Source: an uncultured Acidimicrobiales bacterium
GTDB lineage: Bacteria; Actinomycetota; Acidimicrobiia; Acidimicrobiales; SHLQ01
NCBI GenBank assembly: GCA_964390555.1
Contig: CAYMJU010000033.1
Span: 3,330 to 67,329 of the forward strand
Length of the DNA: 64,000 nt
Direction of reading: 5' to 3'
This document shows positions 36,088 through 46,002 of the stretch, piece by piece (within the stretch, counting starts at the first letter, position 1; each line of letters begins with the position of its first letter). The position numbers and the translations under genes were made by a program. The notes under the pieces were generated by a model that was not told the DNA's origin, made no database searches, and saw only the letters and a list, made by a program, of their open reading frames with translations.

Positions 36088-36978
36088 GTGACCAACCGCC
36101 CGAGGTGCGCCTACATCGGGCTCGGCACGATGGGAGGGCCGATGGCCGGCCACCTCGTCGCCGCGGGCCATGACGTGGCGGTGTACAACCGCGGCGCGGC
36201 GCGGCGCGACGCTTGGGCCGCGGAGCACGGTGGCTCGGCCCGGATGGCCGCGACGCCAGGCGCCGCCGCGGCTGGCGCCGACGTCGTCCTGGTGTGTGTC
36301 GGCAACGACGACGATGTGCGCCAGGTTGTGCTCGGTCCCGATGGTGCGCTCGCGGCCATGGCACCAGGTTCGACGCTCGTCGATCACACCACCGCGTCGG
36401 CTCAGCTCGCCGAGGAGCTGCACGAGGCGGCGTCGGCCGTTGGGGTCGGTTTCGTGGACGCGCCGGTGTCGGGGGGCCAAGCTGGCGCGGTCAACGGCAC
36501 CCTCACCGTGATGTGCGGCGGCGACCCCGACGTGTTCGACCGCGTCGCGCCTGTACTCAGAACCTACGCCCGCGCGGTCACGCGGATCGGCCCCGTCGGG
36601 TCCGGTCAGCGGTGCAAGATGGTCAACCAGATCGCCATCGCCGGGCTGCTCCAAGGTCTGAGCGAGGCGCTCGACTTCGGTCTTCGGAGCGACCTCGACA
36701 TGGCGACGGTGATCGACGTGATCGCCAAAGGCGCTGCCGGGTCGTGGCAGCTCGAGAACCGCGGGCCCACGATGATCCGCGACGAGTTCGACTTCGGGTT
36801 CGCTGTCGAGTGGATGCGCAAGGATCTGGCGATCTGTCTCGACGAAGCCGAACGCAACGGAGCGGCGCTCGCCGGAACCCGTGCCATCGACCAGTTCTAC
36901 TCGGAGGTCGAGGCCAGCGGCGGAGCCCGGTGGGACACCTCGAGCCTCATCCGCCGCCTCCGCCGCCCGACCCCCTAG
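36088..36978 (+). CDS. NAD(P)-dependent 3-hydroxyisobutyrate-dehydrogenase family oxidoreductase
   Basis: IGLGTMGGPMA, DAPVSGGQAGA, GSGQRCKMVNQ, WMRKDL. Confidence 0.9.
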   Translation: MTNRPRCAYIGLGTMGGPMAGHLVAAGHDVAVYNRGAARRDAWAAEHGGSARMAATPGAAAAGADVVLVCVGNDDDVRQVVLGPDGALAAMAPGSTLVDHTTASAQLAEELHEAASAVGVGFVDAPVSGGQAGAVNGTLTVMCGGDPDVFDRVAPVLRTYARAVTRIGPVGSGQRCKMVNQIAIAGLLQGLSEALDFGLRSDLDMATVIDVIAKGAAGSWQLENRGPTMIRDEFDFGFAVEWMRKDLAICLDEAERNGAALAGTRAIDQFYSEVEASGGARWDTSSLIRRLRRPTP

Positions 36979-36986
36979 GTGACCCG

Positions 36987-38366
36987 GTGCCGCACTTCGA
37001 CTTGTTGATCATCGGAACCGGGTCGGGTAACTCCATCCTCGGCCCCGACTTCGATGCGTGGCGGGTGGCGATCGTCGAGCGTGACGTGTTCGGCGGGACG
37101 TGTCTGAACCGGGGCTGTATCCCGTCAAAGATGCTCGTGTACCCCGCCGATGTCGTCACGGCGCTCGCCCACGCCGCCGATCTCGGCGTCCACGGGCGGA
37201 TCGATCGTGTCGACTGGCCGGCGATTCGCGATCGCGTGTTCGGTCGCATCGATCCGATCGCTGAAGGCGGGCGCCGCTATCGGGCCGAGGAGTGCGGCAA
37301 CGTCACCGTCTTCGCCGGTTCGGCCCGGTTCACCGGCGCTCGCCAGGTCACCCTGGTCGATGGTCACCATGCCGGCGAGATCGTGACCGCCGATCAGGTG
37401 GTGATCGCCGCCGGCGCCCGTCCCTCGATCCCCGCCTACCCTGGGCTGGCCGAGGTCGGCTTCCACACCAGCGACACGATCATGCGGATCGATGCCGTAC
37501 CGGACCGCTTGGTGATCCTCGGCGGTGGATACATCGCCGCCGAGATGGGTCACGTCTTCGATGCCTTCGGCAGCGCGGTGACGATAGTGAACCGATCCGG
37601 TGCCCTCCTGCGGGCCGAGGACGACGACGTCAGCGCGGCGTTCACCGCCCGTTACCGCGAGCGCTTCGACCTGCGCCTCGGGGTCGACGTGGTGTCGGTT
37701 GGCGAGGGGCCCGGAGGCATCGCTGTCACGCTCCGTCAGGGCTCCGACACCGACATCATCGTGGGCGACATGCTCCTCGTCGCCACCGGGAGGGTCCCCA
37801 ACGGCGACGAGCTGGCGGTCGAGGCGACTGGCGTCGAGCGCGACGCAGCCGGCTACGTGGTCGTCGATCAGTACCTGCGCACCTCGGCCCCCGGTGTCTG
37901 GGCGTTGGGCGACGTCTCCAATCCGGTGCAGCTCAAGCACAGCGCCAACTTCGAAGCCGACGCGGTCGCTCACAACCTGGTCCACCCTGATGACTTGCGC
38001 TCGGGCCGGCTCGATCCGGTCCCCCACGCGGTGTTCGCCAACCCGCAGGTGGCCGCCGCTGGACTCACCGAGCGCGAGGCGCGAGCGGCGGGGCTCGACA
38101 TCACGGTCGCGACGCGCTACTACCGCGACACCGCGTATGGCTGGGCGATGGAGGATACGACCAGCTTCTGCAAGCTGGTCGCCGAGACCTCGACGCGCCG
38201 GCTACTCGGCGCCCACATCATCGGGCCCCACGCCCCGACCCTGTTGCAGCAACTCGTGCAGGCCATGCGCTTCGGCATCAGCGCCCGGGACCTGCTGAGC
38301 AACCAGATGTGGACCCATCCCGCGATGCCCGAGGTCATCGAGCAGGCCCTCATCGAGCTCGGCTGA
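36987..38366 (+). CDS. mtr: Mycothione reductase
   Basis: DLLIIGTGSGNSI, FGGTCLNRGCIPSKM, WPAIRDRVFGRIDPI, QLKHSANFEA, WTHPAMPEVIE. Confidence 0.88.
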   Translation: MPHFDLLIIGTGSGNSILGPDFDAWRVAIVERDVFGGTCLNRGCIPSKMLVYPADVVTALAHAADLGVHGRIDRVDWPAIRDRVFGRIDPIAEGGRRYRAEECGNVTVFAGSARFTGARQVTLVDGHHAGEIVTADQVVIAAGARPSIPAYPGLAEVGFHTSDTIMRIDAVPDRLVILGGGYIAAEMGHVFDAFGSAVTIVNRSGALLRAEDDDVSAAFTARYRERFDLRLGVDVVSVGEGPGGIAVTLRQGSDTDIIVGDMLLVATGRVPNGDELAVEATGVERDAAGYVVVDQYLRTSAPGVWALGDVSNPVQLKHSANFEADAVAHNLVHPDDLRSGRLDPVPHAVFANPQVAAAGLTEREARAAGLDITVATRYYRDTAYGWAMEDTTSFCKLVAETSTRRLLGAHIIGPHAPTLLQQLVQAMRFGISARDLLSNQMWTHPAMPEVIEQALIELG

Positions 38367-38448
38367 TCGTGGCTCGGGCGCGGCTCGTGGGCCGTAGGTG
38401 CCCGGATGTGGCCCGGTCGAGCGACTCGGCGCCGGTACCCTGCTCGTC

Positions 38449-39546
38449 ATGACGAGTTCGACCGGCGTGCTCTTTCGCCTGACCACGTTCGGCGAGTCCC
38501 ATGGGGGCGGCGTCGGCGTGGTGGTCGACGGCTGCCCACCACGCCTGGCCCTCGACGAGTCGATGGTCCAGCGCGATCTCGACCGTCGCCGCCCGGGACA
38601 GAGCCGGCTCGTGACCCAGCGCGACGAGGCCGACCAGGTCGAGATCCTGTCGGGCGTGCTCGACGGGCGCACGCTCGGCTCGCCTATCGCCATGCTGGTG
38701 CGCAATGTCGATCAGAACTCCGGCGCCTATGACCATCTGCGCGACGTGTACCGACCATCACACGCCGATTACACCTACGACGCCAAGTACGGGATACGGG
38801 CCTGGCAGGGCGGCGGGCGGGCGTCGGCGCGCGAGACGATCGGCCGGGTGGCGGCCGGGGCGATCGCCCGCGCCTTGCTCGCCGAGATCGCGGGCGTCGA
38901 GGTCGTCGCATGGGTCTCGTCGGTCCGCGACATCACCACCGCGCTCGACCCGTCGTCGGTCCGCGCCACCGACGTCGAAGCCCACCCGACCCGGTGCCCG
39001 GATCCCGCCGCGGCCGAGGCCATGGTGGCCGCCATCGAGGCCGCCCGCCGAGACGGCAACTCCCTCGGTGGTGTGGTCACGTGCGTAGCCCGATCGGTGC
39101 CCGCCGGGCTCGGCGAGCCGGTCTTCGACAAGCTCGACGCCGATCTGGCCAAGGCGATGCTCTCGTTGCCGGCCGCCAAGGGCTTCGAGGTCGGGTCGGG
39201 GTTCGCCGGCACGCTGCTGACCGGTCGTGACCACAACGACCCATTCGCGCCGGGTCCCGATGGTCCGGTCACGACCGCGAACCGGTCCGGTGGTGTGCAA
39301 GGGGGGATCTCCAACGGGGCCGACATCGTGTTCCGCGTGGCGTTCAAGCCCACGGCGACCATCTCGTCGCCTCAGCAGACGGTGACCTCATCGAACGAAG
39401 CCACCGAGCTGTCCGCCCATGGACGTCACGACCCTTGTGTGCTTCCCAGAGCGGTGCCGATCGTCGAGGCCGGCGCCTGCCTGGTGCTGGTCGACCATCT
39501 CCTTCGCCAACGCGCCATCGACGCGCTCCCCCGCGACCCGCGCTAA
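38449..39546 (+). CDS. aroC: Chorismate synthase
   Basis: [52 protein letters not shown]. Confidence 0.97.
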   Translation: MTSSTGVLFRLTTFGESHGGGVGVVVDGCPPRLALDESMVQRDLDRRRPGQSRLVTQRDEADQVEILSGVLDGRTLGSPIAMLVRNVDQNSGAYDHLRDVYRPSHADYTYDAKYGIRAWQGGGRASARETIGRVAAGAIARALLAEIAGVEVVAWVSSVRDITTALDPSSVRATDVEAHPTRCPDPAAAEAMVAAIEAARRDGNSLGGVVTCVARSVPAGLGEPVFDKLDADLAKAMLSLPAAKGFEVGSGFAGTLLTGRDHNDPFAPGPDGPVTTANRSGGVQGGISNGADIVFRVAFKPTATISSPQQTVTSSNEATELSAHGRHDPCVLPRAVPIVEAGACLVLVDHLLRQRAIDALPRDPR

Positions 39547-39556
39547 TCGAGTTGCG

Positions 39557-40360
39557 TCAGCGGCCGGTGGCGGAGAAGTGCTGGTAGTCGACGGCGCCTG
39601 ACCAGGAGCCACCCCATCCCCAGCCGATCGACTCGAACGCTCGCACGACCACATCGTCGGCATAGATCCCACCCGGGACACCCGCCGAGCGGTCCACGAA
39701 CAGTTCGCCCTCGGGCGGGTCGACGAAGTCGCCATCGACGTACGGATTGACCAACGGGTTCACGTCGATGGCGGTACCGAAGGCATGGTTCGACCAGACG
39801 CCCGGACGGTACGCGACCTCGCGGCAGTTGAACGCCGAGGTGTTGTTGGCGGCCATCGACGCCGGGTCGCTGCCTTCGAACTCGTCGACCAGAACCATCT
39901 GCTGGATGGGGAACTGGGCGTCGAACAACTGGCGGAAGACCTCGACGATGTCGTCGGCCCAGTCGGCATGGATCACCAGCTCACCGTCGTGGGGCAGCCC
40001 GTCGTAGCCCCAGTAGGAGAGCTCTACGAGCCGAAGGTCCACCAGCGAGACCGGACAGCCCTCGCGCCACGAGTAAGTCATTCGGGTGGCGATCTCGTCG
40101 TCGATCTCGACGATCCGGGAGGCGAAGGCCGGCTCGGTATCGGTGGACTCGGTCGCCGCCGTCGACGGCGCGGCTGGAGCACCACTTGAGGTCGGCTCGG
40201 TGGTCGTGTCAGCCTCGGCGCCCGTCGGGGTGCCTTCGACGACGAGCCTCGATCCCTCGAAGGTGTCGATGGCGTGGTCGGAGTCGCCGCAACCGCCCAC
40301 GATCACCGTTGCGGCAACTACGACTACGAGCACGCGTCGGACGTTCACCCGTCTCGCCAC
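39557..40360 (-). CDS. M15 family metallopeptidase lipoprotein (D-Ala-D-Ala carboxypeptidase-like)
   Basis: Lipobox-like IVGGC; NNTSAFNCR, SNHAFGTAIDVNP, WGWGG.W...DYQHF. Confidence 0.88.
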   Translation of the reverse strand: MARRVNVRRVLVVVVAATVIVGGCGDSDHAIDTFEGSRLVVEGTPTGAEADTTTEPTSSGAPAAPSTAATESTDTEPAFASRIVEIDDEIATRMTYSWREGCPVSLVDLRLVELSYWGYDGLPHDGELVIHADWADDIVEVFRQLFDAQFPIQQMVLVDEFEGSDPASMAANNTSAFNCREVAYRPGVWSNHAFGTAIDVNPLVNPYVDGDFVDPPEGELFVDRSAGVPGGIYADDVVVRAFESIGWGWGGSWSGAVDYQHFSATGR

Positions 40361-40364
40361 CCCG

Positions 40365-41441
40365 TCATCGTTTGTGAAACGGCGGCTCGACGACTTCGAC
40401 CTCGACCACGGTGCCGCGCAAGTCGACCGCGAGAACCTCGCCCACGGCCACGTCGATCGCGAGAAAACCGAGGCCGATCCCGCGCTCGATCATCGGCGAG
40501 AAGTTGCCACTGGTCAGGGACCCGACGGCCGCGCCATCTCGCGATACCACGGCACCGTCGCGCAGTGGGCGCCGGCTGCGCCCGAGCAGTCCGCGAAGGA
40601 GCCGATGAGGCCCCCGTTCTCGTTCGGCGAGCAAGGCCTCCCGCCCACGAAAACGTGGTTTCGACCACCCGACCACCCAATCGAGGCCGGCCTGGAGCGG
40701 CGTGATGCCCGGGCCGAGCTCGTGGCCGTGCAAGGGCAAACCGGCTTCGAGCCGCAACGTGTCGCGCGCGCCGAGCCCCGCGGGAACAATTCCGGCCTCG
40801 ACGATGCGGTCCCACACCGCGTTGGCGTGGTCGACCGGCACGGCGATCTCGACACCGTCTTCGCCGGTGTAGCCGGTGCCGGCGACCACGCATTCGACGC
40901 TCGCGACATCGGCGGTCGTCACACGGAATCGGCCGACCTGGGCACCCACGGGAGATATCGCGGCCAGGAGCCGTCGGGCGTCGGGGCCTTGCACCGCCAC
41001 GACCGCACGGGTCGCGGTGACGTCGGCGACATCAACTCCAGCAGCGTCGAGGGCCGCGACGACGCGTGCGGTGTTCGACGCGTTGGGCATGACGTCTAAC
41101 CGGCCGTCCTCGCGCCACCAGACGATGATGTCGTCGAGCACGCTGGCCTCGACGTCGAGCAAGTGGGTGTACTGGGCGCGGCCGGGGGCGATCTTGGCGA
41201 GGTCGTTGGTGAACGCGAGCTGGAGCGCCTCGTAGGCGTCGGGACCGGTGACGCTGACCGTCCCGAGGTGGCTCACGTCGAACGCCACCGCTTGGTTGCG
41301 GCAGGCCCGATGCTCGACGAGGGTGCCCGACGGGTACGACACCGGCATCTCCCACCCGCCGAACTCGACCATCCGGGCGCCGAGGCTCCGGTGCGCGGCA
41401 TCGAGCGGCGAGCGGCGCAGTGCCCCCGACTCAGCAGCCAC
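40365..41441 (-). CDS. gcvT: Glycine cleavage aminomethyltransferase T
   Basis: RMVEFGGWEMP, FDVSHLG, GTGYTGEDGVE, GLGARDTLRLEAG. Confidence 0.95.
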   Translation of the reverse strand: MAAESGALRRSPLDAAHRSLGARMVEFGGWEMPVSYPSGTLVEHRACRNQAVAFDVSHLGTVSVTGPDAYEALQLAFTNDLAKIAPGRAQYTHLLDVEASVLDDIIVWWREDGRLDVMPNASNTARVVAALDAAGVDVADVTATRAVVAVQGPDARRLLAAISPVGAQVGRFRVTTADVASVECVVAGTGYTGEDGVEIAVPVDHANAVWDRIVEAGIVPAGLGARDTLRLEAGLPLHGHELGPGITPLQAGLDWVVGWSKPRFRGREALLAERERGPHRLLRGLLGRSRRPLRDGAVVSRDGAAVGSLTSGNFSPMIERGIGLGFLAIDVAVGEVLAVDLRGTVVEVEVVEPPFHKR

Positions 41442-41456
41442 GGCGACGGCGCGCCA

Positions 41457-41822
41457 TCACGCCACGCGGTTGACGGCGGTGGAGACGGTGTAGCTGGCAG
41501 GCTCGCAGCCGAAGTACTTGCCGTGCAGGCGTGCCAGTTCACGCGTGTAGAGAACGGTGAGGGCTCGATCCGGGTAGCGCTCACGAAACGCCCGGATCTT
41601 GCGGTTCTTTCTGGTCACGAGCGGTTGGCGCATGGTCGTGAGCTCGATGAACACATCGTGGTCGGGCAGGTAGAAGTCGGGTGTGAACCCCACGAGAGGG
41701 CGGCCAGCATCGTCGGCGACCAGCACGAACGTGGTGGGCTCGTACTCCCAGCGGACGCCATAGAAGTCGAGCAGATCGGCGAACATCTGCTCGCTCTGGT
41801 GGGCGAACGCGGTGGGGGTCAC
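41457..41822 (-). CDS. Small PD-(D/E)xK-like (restriction-endonuclease fold) hypothetical protein
   Basis: WEYEP..F and FTPDFYLP...FIELT patterns; GTGA overlap with the upstream merR. Confidence 0.7.
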   Translation of the reverse strand: MTPTAFAHQSEQMFADLLDFYGVRWEYEPTTFVLVADDAGRPLVGFTPDFYLPDHDVFIELTTMRQPLVTRKNRKIRAFRERYPDRALTVLYTRELARLHGKYFGCEPASYTVSTAVNRVA

Positions 41823-42310
41823 TCGCCGACGGCCAGAGGGCTGGCCGACTCGTGGATATCCCCGGGGGGGAAGAGCGAGACGATACGAGCATCAACGTCG
41901 CCTTTGACGCCGGCGAGCGGAAGGATGTTCAGCACGCCCTGACCGTTGCGGAGCAGGTCGACGATCTCCTCGCCGGTGCGCACCAGGACCGAGCGATGCC
42001 CGCTGATGACCAGATTGACGGTCGTGACGTCTTCGCCCAGGTGATCGCGCAGGTACCGGAACACCTCGCGGACCGACTCGAGCTTGATCCCGGCGTCGAG
42101 CAGGCTCCTGATGGCCCGCAGTTCGAGCAGGTCCCGGTACGAGTAACGTCGCCGAGACCCCGAACCGCTGGCGTCGGCCACGCTCGGTCGGACCAGGTCG
42201 GTGCGGGCCCAGTAATCGAGCTGGCGATACGTGATGCCGACGATCTCGGCAGCGTGCTTGCCGCTGAAGCTGCGGAGCACCGATCGCTCGGTCTCGGTGG
42301 ACTCCGGCAT
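41819..42310 (-). CDS. MerR-family transcriptional regulator (Rv1830-like)
   Basis: GITYRQLDYWART.LV.PS...ASGSGSRRRYSYRDL. Confidence 0.92.
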   Translation of the reverse strand: MPESTETERSVLRSFSGKHAAEIVGITYRQLDYWARTDLVRPSVADASGSGSRRRYSYRDLLELRAIRSLLDAGIKLESVREVFRYLRDHLGEDVTTVNLVISGHRSVLVRTGEEIVDLLRNGQGVLNILPLAGVKGDVDARIVSLFPPGDIHESASPLAVGE

Positions 42311-42417
42311 GTGGCACTCCTCGGGATGGTGTCCGGCCGCGCCGACTCACAACGGCGAAACTACGCCCGTGTGATGAGGGTACCCGCCCGCCGACCTGAG
42401 GTCAACGACCGACGATG

Positions 42418-42909
42418 TCAGGTCTCGAAATCCCCCGGATTTATCTGGTCGATGAAGTCCCGGAACTCCTCGACGACTCGCTCGGTGTCGTCGTCGCCGG
42501 TCTCGCCGGTCTCGAGGTAGCCGGCCTGATCGAGCACCGACGCGTCGACCTGAACCGGGCACCCGACCCGTACGGCAAGGGCAATCGCGTCGGACGGCCG
42601 GCTCGACACGGCCCGGGTCGCACCAGCGATCGCTAGGTGCAACTCCGCGAAGAACGTGCGGTCGCGCAGCTCGGTCACCACCACCTTCTCGACGGTGGCG
42701 GCGAGCGCGCCGAGGACCTCGACGATCAGATCATGGGTCATGGGGCGCGGAGTCTCGACTCCATCGAGGGCGAGCGCGATGGCCGTCGCTTCGGGGCCGC
42801 CGATGAAGATCGGCAGCAGGCGTTGGGGTTCCGCCCGCTCGCGCAGCAAGACGATCGGGTTGTTGTTCGGGAGCTCGAGCCGAACCCCGACGACATCCAC
42901 GTCAACCAT
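42418..42909 (-). CDS. Bifunctional nuclease family protein (DUF151, Rv1829-like)
   Basis: LPIFIGGPEA.AI, RPMTHDL, SSRPSDAIALA, EEFRDFIDQINPGDF. Confidence 0.94.
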   Translation of the reverse strand: MVDVDVVGVRLELPNNNPIVLLRERAEPQRLLPIFIGGPEATAIALALDGVETPRPMTHDLIVEVLGALAATVEKVVVTELRDRTFFAELHLAIAGATRAVSSRPSDAIALAVRVGCPVQVDASVLDQAGYLETGETGDDDTERVVEEFRDFIDQINPGDFET

Positions 42910-42976
42910 GACTCCACCCTATCGAATCGGGGCGCCCACGGCCGGGCGCCTCACCCGCCTACTGGGGGGAGCCCTG

Positions 42977-43522
42977 TCATGGGTAGAGGTCGGCGATGTG
43001 GGCGTCGGGATCCGCGGCGAGGGCATCGGGATCGGCGAGGGAGATCGACCGCAGGTTCCGGTAGCGGCCGCAGTAGTCGAGCCCGTAGCCGAGGGCGAAC
43101 GCCGACGAGATCTCATGGCCGGTGTAGTCGATGGTCACCGGGACGATGCGGCTCGACCGGCGGTCGAGCAGGCTGCACACCCGGAGGTTCCGTGGCTGAC
43201 GGGCTCGCACGGCTTGAAGTACGTACGAGAGCGTCAGGCCGGTGTCGACCACGTCCTCGACGAGGACGACGTCGTGGCCGGAGATGTCGATGTCGATGTC
43301 CTTCAGGAGCCGAACCCGACCGCTGCCAGGCTCGTATGGCGTGATGGCGAGGAAGTCGACAAGGGTCGGGACGGTCAACTGGCGGGCGACGTCGGCCAGC
43401 ACGAACAACGCGCCCCGCAGAACACCGATCAGCACCACGCCGTCGGGGTGGTCGGCGTCGATGTCGCGGGCGAGGCGGGCGGTCGTCGCCGCGAGGGCGG
43501 ACTCGGCGAGGAACTCGGTCAT
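42977..43522 (-). CDS. hpt: Hypoxanthine phosphoribosyltransferase
   Basis: IGVLRGALFVLADV, VVLVEDVVDTGLTL (PRPP motif), CSLLDR, GYGLDY...YRNL. Confidence 0.92.
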   Translation of the reverse strand: MTEFLAESALAATTARLARDIDADHPDGVVLIGVLRGALFVLADVARQLTVPTLVDFLAITPYEPGSGRVRLLKDIDIDISGHDVVLVEDVVDTGLTLSYVLQAVRARQPRNLRVCSLLDRRSSRIVPVTIDYTGHEISSAFALGYGLDYCGRYRNLRSISLADPDALAADPDAHIADLYP

Positions 43523-43653
43523 TGGACGTGCGCTGCGCTAGAAGGTGCGCGAATTGCGCACGCGACCCAGCAAGACGGCGCCCCTGTGGACCTGCGCAGC
43601 AAGTCGACGATCAACGGTTCGGATCACTGACATTCTCCTCCCGATGATGCTGC

Positions 43654-44490
43654 TCAGAGAAGCAGGTCGCGCAGCGCCTGGCGGAGCATGACGTCGCGGA
43701 GCCCGTCGCCGAGCTCGGCGAGCGCCTCTAGACGCACGATCGCCGCAGACCGGCCAGCCGAACGTTGCCGTACGAACGGGGCGACGAGCTGAGCGAGCAT
43801 GCCCGACTCGCGTTCGGCGGCCACTTTGAACATGCGGAGGTGGCGAGGCTCGACGCCGTAGCCGGCGAACGCCACGGCGATCTGGCATACGACGAGAGCG
43901 TCGCCGTCATAGACGCGGTCGGGACCGATGATCCGGCTGGAGATCAGGCCGTAACGCTCGAGCTCCGCGATTCGTTCGGCCGGTAGCCCTGTCGACGACG
44001 CCAGCTCGCTGGCGGTGAGGCTGACCGACACTGCGTCGCCGATGAACCGAGACGTCGGCGTGTCGCCGTTACGGTTGGTCCTCAACTGGTGGGGCTCGCC
44101 GCTCAACGCTTCACGAGCGGTCGGGACAAGGGCCGAGTCGACCCCTACAGCTGCGGGAGCGCTGTGCGTCGGCGCTTCGGGCATCGTCGCGGTGAGGCCG
44201 ATGAACGGCGGCGGCGCGACCCGCTCGTTCGGCGGGAGTCGGCCATCGTTGGCCTCGAGTCGGTCCTTGATCACCTTGAGCGGCAGGAAGCTCTCGCGCT
44301 GTTGACGCAGGATCCACCGCAGGACGTCGATGTCTTCGTCGTAGAACTTGCGGTAGCCCGACGGAGTGCGCTCGGGGCCGATGAGCCCTTGGCTCTCGAG
44401 GAAACGGATCTTCGAGATTGTCACGTCAGCAAATTCGTCCTGGAGCAAGGCCAGAACCTCGCCGATCGAACGATGTGGGCGCTCAGCCAT
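43654..44490 (-). CDS. MerR-family regulator (Rv1828/FtsR-like)
   Basis: SIGEVL..L..EF.DVTISKIRFLESQGLI.PERTPSGYRKF; second HTH; EPRHLRMFKVAAERE. Confidence 0.92.
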   Translation of the reverse strand: MAERPHRSIGEVLALLQDEFADVTISKIRFLESQGLIGPERTPSGYRKFYDEDIDVLRWILRQQRESFLPLKVIKDRLEANDGRLPPNERVAPPPFIGLTATMPEAPTHSAPAAVGVDSALVPTAREALSGEPHQLRTNRNGDTPTSRFIGDAVSVSLTASELASSTGLPAERIAELERYGLISSRIIGPDRVYDGDALVVCQIAVAFAGYGVEPRHLRMFKVAAERESGMLAQLVAPFVRQRSAGRSAAIVRLEALAELGDGLRDVMLRQALRDLLL

Positions 44491-44959
44491 CGCTGTCGGG
44501 CGCCCGATCCAGGTACACCAGCTTGAACTTGCCAATCTGGACCTCGTCACGGTCGCTCAGGTCCACGTCGCCATCGACGAGGCGGCGATTCACGTAGGTC
44601 CCGTTGAGTGACCCAGCGTCGCTCACCCTTGTGGCTCCCGACCGACGGGCGAATTGGGCGTGGCGGCGCGACACCGTGACGTCGTCGAGGAAGATGTCGC
44701 TGTCGGGGTGGCGGCCGGCGCTGACGACGGTGCGGTCCAGGGCGAACCGGGCTCCGCTCATCGGGCCGTGCCGGACCACCAGATATGGGCTGTCGCCGGG
44801 TTCGGGCTCGTTGTCGCTGGCGAGCAGCTCGTTCAACGAGTCGACCGGCATCTGGCTGGTGTCGTCGTCGACGCCAGCTTGGGACGCACCGCACGACGAG
44901 CAGAAATTGGCGCTGGGCTCGTTGCGGTGCCCACAACTGCGGCAGATGGGTCCGGCCAC
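44483..44959 (-). CDS. garA: Zn-ribbon + FHA domain protein (GarA/OdhI-like)
   Basis: CRSC...CSSC ribbon; AGRHPDSDIFLDDVTVSRRHA, GSLNGTYVN, QIGKFKL. Confidence 0.88.
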   Translation of the reverse strand: MAGPICRSCGHRNEPSANFCSSCGASQAGVDDDTSQMPVDSLNELLASDNEPEPGDSPYLVVRHGPMSGARFALDRTVVSAGRHPDSDIFLDDVTVSRRHAQFARRSGATRVSDAGSLNGTYVNRRLVDGDVDLSDRDEVQIGKFKLVYLDRAPDSDG

Positions 44960-44961
44960 GC

Positions 44962-45342
44962 TCAGCCTTCCGTGAGGGCGCTATACCCGGCGGCATCGAG
45001 GAGCTGGTCGAGGTCGGCCGCCTCGGCCGGTTCGATCACGACCAGCCAGCCGGCACCATAAGGATCGACGTTCAGGTGCTCGGGGGAGGTAGCGAGCGTG
45101 GCGTTGACCTCGATGATCCGGCCGGCTACCGGTGCGTAGAGCTCGGAGACCGATTTGGTCGACTCGACCTCGCCGAGTACCTGGCCCTGTTCGACGGTCG
45201 CTCCGACCGACGGGAGTTCGACGAACACGACGTCGCCGAGCGCGTCTTGCGCATAGTCGGTAATGCCGACCCTCACGCCGCCGGACTCGGCTCGGGCCCA
45301 CTCGTGATCGGTCGAGTAGCGGAGGTCAGCCGGGATGTCCAT
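44962..45342 (-). CDS. gcvH: Glycine cleavage system H protein
   Basis: GITDYAQDALGDVVFVELP, EVESTKSVSE (lipoyl Lys), NVDPYGAGW. Confidence 0.97.
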   Translation of the reverse strand: MDIPADLRYSTDHEWARAESGGVRVGITDYAQDALGDVVFVELPSVGATVEQGQVLGEVESTKSVSELYAPVAGRIIEVNATLATSPEHLNVDPYGAGWLVVIEPAEAADLDQLLDAAGYSALTEG

Positions 45343-45345
45343 CGG

Positions 45346-45951
45346 TCACGAAGCTAGCCGAGCGGCTCGGCCATCGCGCAGCGCTCGACGGGCCAGGGGC
45401 ACGTACTGAGCCGCCGAGTACAGGCTTATCGTCAACCCGGGCACGACGAACAACCAGGCCAGCACCATGAACGGCGTGTCGAGCGCGGTGTCGCTCTCGC
45501 CGCCGAGAAAAAGCGGGAACGCGAACATCAAGAAGAAGGTGCCCGTTTTTCCCCACCAAGTCACGTCGATGCGCCGGGCCCCGAGGGCGCCCATCACCAA
45601 GGCGAGCAGAGCGACCGTCCCCTCGCGTGCCAACGTGACCACCGCGACAACGAGCGGGACGCTGCCATCGACGAGGATCGCGCTGACCCCCACGAGCATG
45701 ACGAGCCGGTCGACGGTCGGGTCGAGCAGCTTGCCCAGTTCGGAAACCTGCGCGAGGCGTCGAGCCAGGTAACCGTCGACCCAGTCGGTGGCACCGATGA
45801 AGGCGAGGAGCAGCGCGGCCGCCAGCCGATCGTCGCGCCCGAAGAGCAACCACAGGAACACCGGGATGCAAGCCAGCCGCACGAGGGTGACCAAGTTTGG
45901 CCACGTGAGAATCCGCGAGCTCGCCGGCGGGTCGACGGTGTTGGCAGGCAT
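45346..45951 (-). CDS. CDP-alcohol phosphatidyltransferase (PgsA2/Rv1822-like)
   Basis: TWPNLVTLVRL, TDWVDGYLARR..QVSELGKLLDPTVDR. Confidence 0.92.
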   Translation of the reverse strand: MPANTVDPPASSRILTWPNLVTLVRLACIPVFLWLLFGRDDRLAAALLLAFIGATDWVDGYLARRLAQVSELGKLLDPTVDRLVMLVGVSAILVDGSVPLVVAVVTLAREGTVALLALVMGALGARRIDVTWWGKTGTFFLMFAFPLFLGGESDTALDTPFMVLAWLFVVPGLTISLYSAAQYVPLARRALRDGRAARLAS

Positions 45952-46002
45952 CGGCGGATCGTAGCCCCGTAGTGTTTGGCGCCGGCATGCCAGACTCCGG
46001 TC

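Noticed and set aside
36213-36986. N-terminal extension making a 717-aa mtr fusion
   Set aside because: It overlaps the dehydrogenase gene in another frame; Mtr homology starts at GTG 36987.
43545-43561. GTGCGC-GAATT-GCGCAC palindrome upstream of hpt
   Set aside because: A 6-bp GC-rich stem can easily arise by chance; no second copy or other support.
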